From positions 67,177 to 131,176 of the forward strand of contig NZ_DAISLT010000008.1 of the NCBI RefSeq assembly GCF_036820275.1: 64,000 nt of DNA. Reading direction: 5' to 3'. The translations under genes and the position numbers were made by a program. A model generated the notes under the pieces. The model had not been told where the DNA came from and searched no databases. It saw nothing but the letters and a program-made list of their open reading frames with translations. This document shows, one piece after another, positions 38,158 to 45,618 of the stretch. The DNA comes from Novosphingobium sp. Its GTDB lineage: Bacteria; Pseudomonadota; Alphaproteobacteria; Sphingomonadales; Sphingomonadaceae. Within the stretch, counting starts at the first letter, position 1. Every line of letters starts with the position of its first letter.

Positions 38158-38298
38158 TTAACGACAAGAGCTGCCTTGCGGTTTGGAAGTCCCCATGGGG
38201 CAGCGAGGGGCGGGATATAGGCCCCCCAAGCTGAATCGCAAGTGAAAAAAATCCAGTTTCACAGAAACGTCACATAAGGGATTTGCGCAAGATTTCAT
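38158..38298 (-). CDS. candidate 46-codon upstream (leader) ORF of the ornithine decarboxylase gene
   Basis: ATG at 38298, 4 nt after GGAGGAG (38303-38309). It encodes MKSCANPLCDVSVKLDFFHLRFSLGGLYPAPRCPMGTSKPQGSSCR and stops 25 nt before the ODC start. Its codon usage is atypical for this genome, so it is speculative. Confidence 0.3.
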   Translation of the reverse strand: MKSCANPLCDVSVKLDFFHLRFSLGGLYPAPRCPMGTSKPQGSSCR

Positions 38299-38468
38299 GC
38301 CGCTCCTCCATTCAACTTTGTCGCCATTTTTCAGACGGTTGATCGAGAAAACTCCAATCCGCCACAGCTCGAAAGAGGATGGCCGGATCAAGCGGGTTTC
38401 ATGCCTGAAATGCCCGGGGGACCGTTCCGGTTCTTTCGAGTCGGGAAAACGGGGGCCGGGAGAGGCAA

Positions 38469-38496
38469 GCGCGGGACGGATCGAGCCGTCCCGCGC
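38469..38496 (-). terminator. GC-rich hairpin immediately downstream of nspC (weak U-tract)
   Basis: gcgcgggacgg-N6-ccgtcccgcgc has an 11-bp stem. On the minus strand only TT follows it. Confidence 0.4.
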
Positions 38497-38504
38497 CTGT
38501 TTCA

Positions 38505-39683
38505 TCAGCTCAGACGGCCGCGGAAATCCTCGTAATCGAAGCGGCGGATGCAATCGAGCGCGTCGGTTTCCGAGTCCCACATCCAGATCGAAGGCAGCGG
38601 AACGCCGTTGAAGGTCGTGGTCTTGACCATCGAATAGTGGGCCTGGTCGAGGAAAGCGAAGCGCGCGCCCGGCTCGGCATCGACCGGCAGTACATAGTCG
38701 CCGATCACATCGCCCGCGAGGCAGGACGGACCGCCCAACCGCACCGGCTCGCCCTCGCCTTCCGCCTTTTCGCCCAGCATGGCCGGACGGTAGGGCGCCT
38801 CGATCACGTCGGGCATGTGGCAGGTCGCCGAGACATCGACGATGGCCACCGGCATGCCGTTATGGGCGACATCGAGAACCGAGCCGACAAGAATGCCGGC
38901 ATCGAGGGCAACCGCCTCGCCCGGCTCGATGTAGACTTCGGCCCCGGTGTCTTCCTGGAGATCGATCAGGAATTCGACGAGTTCGTCACGCTGATAGTCG
39001 GCGCGGGTGATGTGGTGCCCGCCGCCCAGATTGATCCACCGGATTTGGCCGAAGAACGGTTCGAGATAGTCGAAAGCCTTGTCCCAGGTGCGACGCAGCG
39101 GCTCGAAGTCCTGCTCGCACAGGGTGTGCATGTGGATGCCGTCGATCATCTCGACATGCTCTTCGGTGAGCTGGTTGATCGGGAAGCCCAGCCGCGAATG
39201 CGGCGCGCAAGGGTCGTACTTGGGCACTTCGCCCTCGGCATGCATCGGATTGACGCGCAGGCCGATATCGAAGTCCTCACCGCGCGCACGGGCGGCCTCG
39301 ATCTGCGGCCAGAAGCGCTCGATCTGCATCGGCGAATTGAAGATCACATGATCCGAAAGCCGCAGGATCTCATCGAGGTCCTGCTCCTTGTAGGCAGCGC
39401 AGTACGTGGCGATCTCGCCGTCGTAGAACTCGCTGGCAAGGCGCGCTTCCCACAGGCCCGAAGTGCAGACGCCGTCGAGGTACTCGCCCACGATCGGCGC
39501 CGTGGACCACATCGAGAAGGCCTTGAGCGCGGAAAGCACCTTGGCGCCGGAACGCTCGCCGATCTCGGCAAGAATGCGCAGGTTGTCGCGCAGCTTCGCC
39601 GCATCAACGACGAAGCTGGGGCTGTCGACGCGCGACAGGTCGAATTGGGCAAAGGCTCCCGGATCGCCGGCGCGGGTTTCCAT
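38505..39683 (-). CDS. nspC: carboxynorspermidine/carboxyspermidine decarboxylase
   Basis: 392 aa with PSFVVDAAKLRDNL, ALKAFSMW and the overall NspC-like pattern of a PLP-dependent alanine-racemase fold. Confidence 0.85.
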   Translation of the reverse strand: METRAGDPGAFAQFDLSRVDSPSFVVDAAKLRDNLRILAEIGERSGAKVLSALKAFSMWSTAPIVGEYLDGVCTSGLWEARLASEFYDGEIATYCAAYKEQDLDEILRLSDHVIFNSPMQIERFWPQIEAARARGEDFDIGLRVNPMHAEGEVPKYDPCAPHSRLGFPINQLTEEHVEMIDGIHMHTLCEQDFEPLRRTWDKAFDYLEPFFGQIRWINLGGGHHITRADYQRDELVEFLIDLQEDTGAEVYIEPGEAVALDAGILVGSVLDVAHNGMPVAIVDVSATCHMPDVIEAPYRPAMLGEKAEGEGEPVRLGGPSCLAGDVIGDYVLPVDAEPGARFAFLDQAHYSMVKTTTFNGVPLPSIWMWDSETDALDCIRRFDYEDFRGRLS

Positions 39684-39796
39684 GTTCGTTCAATCCTTTT
39701 CGGGTGACTCCATGAGGAGCCGAATTTTTCAACCAAGTGGCCTTGGCAGATGGTCCTGCCGAACCACAGCTTCAAGAATGCGTGTTAAACGACACT

Positions 39797-40147
39797 TCAG
39801 GCAAACGGCCCCTTGAAGATAAACCACGCCCCTGCCCCGACCAGCGCGAAGCCGACGATCTCGTTCAGCCCCGGTTTCTGCCCGAACAGTGCCCAGGCCA
39901 CCAACACGAAAGCGGTGAGCGACATGGCCTCCTGAAGGACCTTGAGCTGCCCCAGCGAATAGACCTGGCTGCCGATCCGGTTGGCGGGCACGGCCAGGCA
40001 ATATTCGAAGAAGGCGATGCCCCAGCTCATGGCGATCGCCACCCACAGCGCCTTGCCCGGCATCTTGAGGTGCAGATACCACGCCGTGTTCATGAAGAGA
40101 TTGGAACCCGCGAGCATGGCCACGGGTGCAACGAAGGTCCAGTTCAC
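39797..40147 (-). CDS. DMT-superfamily small membrane protein (DUF486)
   Basis: 116 aa with 4 TM segments. MNWTFVAPVAMLAGSNLFMNTAWYLHLK and FEYCLAVPANRIG are typical of DUF486. Confidence 0.8.
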   Translation of the reverse strand: MNWTFVAPVAMLAGSNLFMNTAWYLHLKMPGKALWVAIAMSWGIAFFEYCLAVPANRIGSQVYSLGQLKVLQEAMSLTAFVLVAWALFGQKPGLNEIVGFALVGAGAWFIFKGPFA

Positions 40148-40154
40148 GGCCGGC

Positions 40155-40565
40155 TCAGTCGACGCAGATGGCGTTTACGGCCTTGCCCTGCCTGACCTCG
40201 GCATAGCAGCCGTAGAGCCGGTCATCCGCCTGGCAGGTGCCGCTGGCGGGCTTGTCGGGCGAGACCGCACCGGCGCTGCCCACGCATTTGCCCTGGCACT
40301 CCGAAGAATCGGTGCACTGCTTGCCCGCATCCGCAAAGGCATGGACGCACTGCTCCATGCCCAGCATACCGCGGCGCTGCACGGAGCCGCCTTCGGCCTC
40401 GCAGGCCGCGCGATCCGCCGCGCCCATGTCGCGGCTGTAGCTCTGGTTCTGGCCCTTTTCGCCGCCCACCGGCGGCGTCGGCGGTTGCGGACCGTCCTGC
40501 GGCGCGCACCCCACCAGCGCGAGAGCGCCGAAGGCCGCGACGAGAACGGTCCGCAAGCCGCGCAT
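40155..40565 (-). CDS. Cys-rich lipoprotein, function unknown
   Basis: MRGLRTVLVAAFGALALVGC carries a lipobox, and the mature part has nine further Cys. The ATG shares 1 nt with the stop of the upstream dehydrogenase gene (TGATG). Confidence 0.7.
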   Translation of the reverse strand: MRGLRTVLVAAFGALALVGCAPQDGPQPPTPPVGGEKGQNQSYSRDMGAADRAACEAEGGSVQRRGMLGMEQCVHAFADAGKQCTDSSECQGKCVGSAGAVSPDKPASGTCQADDRLYGCYAEVRQGKAVNAICVD

Positions 40566-41779
40566 CAGAACGCCAGAGGTCCGTCGAGTTCCTCGACCGT
40601 CCACGGCAGGCCATGCTGGTTCAGCATGTCCATGTAGGGATCGGGATCGAACTGCTCCATGTTGAACACGCCCGCACCAGTCCACTTGCCGGTCAGCAGC
40701 ATGGCCGCGCCGATCATCGCCGGGACGCCGGTGGTGTAGCTGACGGCCTGGTTGCCGGTTTCGGCAAAGGCGTCTTCATGGTCGCAGATGTTCTTGATGT
40801 AGAACGTCTTCTCGCCCGAACCGTCCAGCGCTTCGCCGGTCGCGATATCGCCGATGTTGGTCTTGCCCTTGGTGGTCGAACCAAGCGAGCTGGGCTCGGG
40901 CAGCACGGCCTTGAGGAACTGGAGCGGGATGATCTCGACGCCGTTGTAGATCACCGGATCGATGCGGGTCATGCCGACGTTCTGCAGCACGGTGAGGTGC
41001 TTGATGTACTCGTCGCCGAAGGTCATCCAGAAGCGCGCGCGCTCCATTTCCGGGATGAACTTCGCGAGGCTTTCCAGTTCCTCGTGGTACATCATGTACA
41101 TGTTCTTCGGGCCGACGGCCTCGAAGTCGAAGCTCTGCTTCACGCCCATGGCCGGGGTTTCGACGAATTCGCCGTTCTCCCAGTGGCGGGCCGGCGCGGT
41201 GACTTCGCGGATGTTGATTTCCGGGTTGAAGTTCGTCGCGAAGGCCTGACCGTGATCACCGCCGTTGCAGTCGAGAATGTCGAGCGTGCGGATGGTCTTG
41301 AGCTTGTGCTTCTTGAGCCACATGGCGAAGACCGAGGTGACGCCCGGATCGAAGCCCGAACCGAGCAGCGCGGTGAGGCCCGCTTCCTTGAAGCGCTCCT
41401 GATAGGCCCACTGCCAGTGGTATTCGAACTTGGCCACGTCCTTGGGCTCGTAGTTCGCGGTGTCCATGTAGTTCACGCCGGTCGCCAGGCACGCATCCAT
41501 GATCGCGAGATCCTGGTAGGGCAGTGCGAGGTTGACGACGAGCTTCGGCCCGATCGAGCGGATCAGCTCGCTGGTTGCCGCCACGTCGTCGGCGTCGATC
41601 GCATAGGTGCTGATCGAGACGCCGGTGCGTTCCTTCACCGACTCGGCAATCGCCTCGCACTTGGAAACCGTGCGGCTGGCGAGGTGAATATCCGAGAAGA
41701 TGTCGGGATTCATCGCCATCTTGTGGACCGCGACCGAACCGACGCCGCCTGCGCCGATCACCAGAACCTTGCTCACCAA
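40565..41779 (-). CDS. carboxynorspermidine synthase/dehydrogenase (saccharopine dehydrogenase family)
   Basis: 404 aa with the Rossmann motif VLVIGAGGVGSV, YMDTANYEP and FDPGVTSVF. Confidence 0.85.
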   Translation of the reverse strand: MVSKVLVIGAGGVGSVAVHKMAMNPDIFSDIHLASRTVSKCEAIAESVKERTGVSISTYAIDADDVAATSELIRSIGPKLVVNLALPYQDLAIMDACLATGVNYMDTANYEPKDVAKFEYHWQWAYQERFKEAGLTALLGSGFDPGVTSVFAMWLKKHKLKTIRTLDILDCNGGDHGQAFATNFNPEINIREVTAPARHWENGEFVETPAMGVKQSFDFEAVGPKNMYMMYHEELESLAKFIPEMERARFWMTFGDEYIKHLTVLQNVGMTRIDPVIYNGVEIIPLQFLKAVLPEPSSLGSTTKGKTNIGDIATGEALDGSGEKTFYIKNICDHEDAFAETGNQAVSYTTGVPAMIGAAMLLTGKWTGAGVFNMEQFDPDPYMDMLNQHGLPWTVEELDGPLAF

Positions 41780-41948
41780 TCTGTCTCCTTAACGCGATAC
41801 TCGCGAACAGCCGCATATAGAGGCCCTGTGTGACAACTCAACTGTGAGAGTTTTCGCCGGGCACACCATCCCCACCATCCGAAGAACGGAAGATCGCCTC
41901 CACGCAGGACGGACGGCCCCTCATGAAGGCGCCGACATTCGGCCAAGA

Positions 41949-41987
41949 GTGTCACAATCCGCCATCGTCCCGTCATCGGGCGGTCAC
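41949..41987 (+). promoter_or_regulatory. Pho-box-like array: four C(T/C/G)G(T/C)CA(T/C) heptamers at 10-11-11 bp phasing upstream of btaA
   Basis: GTGTCAC (41949), CCGCCAT (41959), CCGTCAT (41970) and CGGTCAC (41981) are compared with the PhoB half-site CTGTCAT. They share the orientation of btaA and lie 57-95 nt upstream of its ATG. Confidence 0.5.
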
Positions 41988-42043
41988 CCGGCGGAGGCAT
42001 TGGGGCCGCACAAGCTTCACACGGCCCGGGGGACCGCCGCACG

Positions 42044-43264
42044 ATGTCCAATGCCCATCCCGCTTCCAAGCTCATCGAAGGCGCCGTCGTTCGCCAGGAA
42101 ACGAAAGCAGGCGCCCGCCTGCTCGACAAGGCCTTCGCACTCGCCTTCAAGGGCCTCGTCTACGCGCAGATCTGGGAAGATCCGGTTGCCGACATGGAAG
42201 CGCTCCAGATCGGTCCCGACAGCCGGATCATCACGATCGCCAGCGGCAGCTGCAACGCCCTCTCCTACCTCACCGCCGATCCGGCCGCGATCACCTGCGT
42301 CGATCTCAACACCGCGCATATCGCCCTCGGCCGACTGAAGATCGCTGCGATCCGCAACCTCACGGACTACGCCGACTTGCGCCGCTTCATCGCCGAGGCC
42401 GACCAGCCGGGCAATCTGGCCACCTATCGCGACCGGCTCGCACCCCATCTCGACGAGACCACCCGCCGTTACTGGGAAGGCCGGGACCTCGTCGGCCGCC
42501 GCCGCATCCGCGGATTTGCCCGCGGCATCTACAAACAGGGTCTGCTGGGCCACTTCATCGGCGCCGCCCATGTGCTCGCCAAGCTCTACAAGATCGACCC
42601 CAGCGAAATCCTCGGCGCCGAGACGCTGGAAGAGCAGCGCCGCGTATTCGACGAGCGCTTCGCGCCGATCTTCGAGCGCAAGCTGGTGCGCTGGCTGACC
42701 GACCAGCCCGCCTCACTGTTCGGCCTCGGCATTCCGCCCGCGCAGTACGATGCGCTGGCCGGCGGCAACCGCATGGCCGACGTGCTGCGCGCGAGACTGG
42801 AAAAGCTGGCCTGCCACTTCCCGCTGGGCGACAACTACTTCGCCTGGCAGGCCTTCGGGCGCGGCTACGGACGCCAGCCCAAGGCGCCGCTGCCGCCCTA
42901 TCTCCAGGAAGCCAACGTGCCGCTGGTCCGCGAGCGGCTGAACCGCCTCACCTTGCGCCACGCGAACTTCACCCAGGTTCTCAAGGATAGCGCCGAAGCC
43001 TCGCTCGACCGCTACATCCTGCTCGATGCGCAGGACTGGATGAGCGACGCCCAGCTCACCGAACTCTGGAGCGAGATCACCCGCACCGCCCGTCCCGGCT
43101 CGCGCGTGCTGTTCCGCACCGCCGCCGAGCCGACGCTGCTCCCCGGCCGCGTACCGGAAGCGATTCTCGCCCGCTGGGACTACCGCGAGACGGAATCGCT
43201 GGCAGCGACGCGCGCGGATCGCTCGTCGATCTACGGCGGCGTCCACCTCTACGTCCTGCGCTGA
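42044..43264 (+). CDS. btaA: S-adenosylmethionine:diacylglycerol 3-amino-3-carboxypropyl transferase (BtaA, DUF3419)
   Basis: 406 aa with LVYAQIWEDPVADMEAL, IASGSCNALSYLTADP and LLDAQDWM. A BtaB-type methyltransferase gene follows directly. Confidence 0.8.
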   Translation: MSNAHPASKLIEGAVVRQETKAGARLLDKAFALAFKGLVYAQIWEDPVADMEALQIGPDSRIITIASGSCNALSYLTADPAAITCVDLNTAHIALGRLKIAAIRNLTDYADLRRFIAEADQPGNLATYRDRLAPHLDETTRRYWEGRDLVGRRRIRGFARGIYKQGLLGHFIGAAHVLAKLYKIDPSEILGAETLEEQRRVFDERFAPIFERKLVRWLTDQPASLFGLGIPPAQYDALAGGNRMADVLRARLEKLACHFPLGDNYFAWQAFGRGYGRQPKAPLPPYLQEANVPLVRERLNRLTLRHANFTQVLKDSAEASLDRYILLDAQDWMSDAQLTELWSEITRTARPGSRVLFRTAAEPTLLPGRVPEAILARWDYRETESLAATRADRSSIYGGVHLYVLR

Positions 43265-43274
43265 GGGAGCCGAA

Positions 43275-43919
43275 ATGACCGGCACCGCCCTGTCGCAGGA
43301 CCACGCCGCGCTGATGGACAAGGTCTATCGCGGCCAGCGCCACATCTACGACTTCACCCGCAAATACTACCTGTTCGGCCGCGACCGCCTGATCCGCGAA
43401 CTGGATGCCGCCCCCGGCATGGGCGTGCTGGAAGTGGGCTGCGGCACCGGGCGCAATCTGGAACTGATCGCGCGGGCCTGGCCGGACGTGCAGTGCCACG
43501 GCTTCGACATCTCCAGCGAGATGCTCAAGAGCGCAGGCGCCCGGCTCGGCCCACAGGTCCGGCTGGCGCTGGGCGATGCAACCCGGTTCGATTCGACGGC
43601 CCTGTTCGGCCGGTCCGGTTTCGACCGGGTCGTGCTGTCCTACACCCTTTCGATGATCCCCGACTGGCAGGCGGCACTGGGGCAGGCGGCTTCTGCGCTG
43701 GCGCCGGGCGGCGTGCTTCATGCCGTCGACTTCGGTGATCTCGCCGGGCTGCCCGCCCCCTTGCGCAAAGCCTTGCGGGCATGGCTGGCGAAGTTCCATG
43801 TCTCCCCTCGCCTTGACCTGCCGATGGTGGCCGCGCGGCTGGCCGGGGAACAGGGTCTGCGGATCGCGGTGAGCCGTGGTCCGCTCGGCTATTACCAGAT
43901 GGTGCGGCTCTCCCGATAG
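43275..43919 (+). CDS. btaB: diacylglycerol-homoserine N-methyltransferase (BtaB, class I SAM MTase)
   Basis: 214 aa with HIYDFTRKYYLFGRD and the SAM motif VLEVGCGTGRN. Confidence 0.8.
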   Translation: MTGTALSQDHAALMDKVYRGQRHIYDFTRKYYLFGRDRLIRELDAAPGMGVLEVGCGTGRNLELIARAWPDVQCHGFDISSEMLKSAGARLGPQVRLALGDATRFDSTALFGRSGFDRVVLSYTLSMIPDWQAALGQAASALAPGGVLHAVDFGDLAGLPAPLRKALRAWLAKFHVSPRLDLPMVAARLAGEQGLRIAVSRGPLGYYQMVRLSR

Positions 43920-43923
43920 GGCT

Positions 43924-44913
43924 ATGCCCGCGGCCATGACTCAGGCCCTCCTCCACCGTCCGACCGCGCAAGGCGTTGCGCTTGCTGCCCGTAAAGTCTC
44001 GGAAATCCTGCCGAGAACCCCGCTGCTGCCGCTGGAAGTCGACGGCCGCACGATCTGGTGCAAGGCGGAAAGCCTCCAGCCGGTCGGCGCCTTCAAGATC
44101 CGCGGCGCCTGGCACCGCATGACGGCCCTGACCGACGAGGAACGCGCGCGCGGCGTCGTCGGCGTATCGAGCGGCAACCATGCACAGGGCGTGGCCTGGG
44201 CCGCCCGCAAGCTGGGCATCAAGGCCGCGATCGTGATGCCGGTCGATGCCCCGGAAGTGAAGCTCGCCAATACCCGTGCCCTCGGCGCCGAAGTCGTGCT
44301 CTACGACCGCCCCGGCGGCGAGGACCGCGAGGAAGTCGCCAGCCGCCTTTGCGAGGCACGCGGCGCCACGCTCGTCCATGCCTATGGCGACCCCTGGATC
44401 ATCGAGGGCCAGGGATCGGCTGGGCTCGAAATCGCGGAGCAGCTGGCCGAGCAGGGTATCGCCTCGCCGGACCTGATCCTTGCCCCCTGCGGCGGCGGCG
44501 GACTGACCGCCGGACTGGCCCTTGCCCTGCCGGACGCGCGGGTGATCCCGGTGGAACCCGAAGGCTGGGACGATGTCTGCCACAGCCTGGAAACCGGCGA
44601 AATCCAGCGCATCGGCCCCAACGCCCCGCCGACGCCCTGCGATGCGCTCCAGACTCCCGGCACCTGGCCGATCAACTTCGAGATCCTCAAAGCCCGCTGC
44701 CCCTTCGGGCTGGTCGTTACGCCCGCCGAAGTGCGCGCGGCCCAGCGCCTGGCCTTCGCAAAGCTGCGACTCGTCGTCGAACCCGGCGGCGCGGCGGCTC
44801 TGGCGGCGGTGCTCGCAGGCAAAGTCGAGCCGACCGAGCGGACGGCGGTTATCCTCTCCGGCGGCAACACCGATGCGCAGGCCTTCGCAAAAGTGCTGCA
44901 AGGGCTGGATTGA
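43924..44913 (+). CDS. PLP-dependent threonine/serine dehydratase (fold type II)
   Basis: ESLQPVGAFKIRGA (PLP-Lys) and SSGNHAQGVAWAA. The start is 5 nt after the btaB stop. Confidence 0.85.
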   Translation: MPAAMTQALLHRPTAQGVALAARKVSEILPRTPLLPLEVDGRTIWCKAESLQPVGAFKIRGAWHRMTALTDEERARGVVGVSSGNHAQGVAWAARKLGIKAAIVMPVDAPEVKLANTRALGAEVVLYDRPGGEDREEVASRLCEARGATLVHAYGDPWIIEGQGSAGLEIAEQLAEQGIASPDLILAPCGGGGLTAGLALALPDARVIPVEPEGWDDVCHSLETGEIQRIGPNAPPTPCDALQTPGTWPINFEILKARCPFGLVVTPAEVRAAQRLAFAKLRLVVEPGGAAALAAVLAGKVEPTERTAVILSGGNTDAQAFAKVLQGLD

Positions 44914-45047
44914 CGCCGCGACGGTCCGGCGGGGTCCGTCGGACTGTCGCAATGCGGCACAGGGATCCGTAAAAACAGGTCTGGACGCGCCCGCCTTCCG
45001 TGCACTAATCTTGCCGTAACAAGACAGGATGCTTTCGGGAGATAATC

Positions 45048-45278
45048 GTGATCGTTCACCGCGAGTCACATTCCATCGCCATTACGCGTTGGGCCTTTGT
45101 CGCCCTGGAAACCCTGCTCGTACTTGTTACGCTCGCGGCACTGACCAATAATCTGCTCGATGCCGACTGGGGACTGAGCTGGTCAACCTTCTTCATCGGA
45201 GTGATCGGCAGCACCTGGGCTTTGGTGATCTACCAGCTGATCGCCGCGCACATGGCGCGAAACGAAAGCGATTCCTGA
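45048..45278 (+). CDS. small two-TM membrane protein, hypothetical
   Basis: 76 aa with a GTG start. The two hydrophobic segments are WAFVALETLLVLVTLAAL and FFIGVIGSTWALVIYQLIAA. No homology recognised. Confidence 0.45.
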   Translation: MIVHRESHSIAITRWAFVALETLLVLVTLAALTNNLLDADWGLSWSTFFIGVIGSTWALVIYQLIAAHMARNESDS

Positions 45279-45318
45279 CCCTCTTCGCGACAGGGCTTCA
45301 CGCTGCTAGAGCGTGTCC

Positions 45319-45582
45319 ATGGATTTGGACGATCAGCTTCGCCGCTATTTCGGCACCGACGACTTTGCAACCATCGCCCCTGCCGCGCTTGAGGCCGGTA
45401 TCGAACGGATGCGCGTCGATTTCGGCATGCAGAAGGACCCCGCCCGGCGTTTCGCGCTGTGGTCCCTGCTCTACATGTTCGGCGCTTCACCCGATCTCGA
45501 CATCGCCTTCGACAACGAGGACGACCGCAATGCCGCGCGGGACTTCATGGACATGATGGCCAAGGCGCAGGGGGTCGAATGA
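45319..45582 (+). CDS. hypothetical acidic small protein
   Basis: MDLDDQLRRYFGTDDF... Third-position GC resembles real genes. An alternative GTG start lies at 45313. Confidence 0.55.
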   Translation: MDLDDQLRRYFGTDDFATIAPAALEAGIERMRVDFGMQKDPARRFALWSLLYMFGASPDLDIAFDNEDDRNAARDFMDMMAKAQGVE

Positions 45583-45618
45583 CTTCAGGCGCCTGAGGTC
45601 AGTCGACTGGGGTTCCTC

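Noticed and set aside
38158-38580. Full 140-aa minus-strand ORF across the nspC 3' end and the ODC leader
   Set aside because: Its first 94 codons overlap the nspC coding region and terminator hairpin in another frame and look like noise. Only the distal 46 codons, which begin at an SD-preceded ATG, are retained, and only as a speculative uORF.
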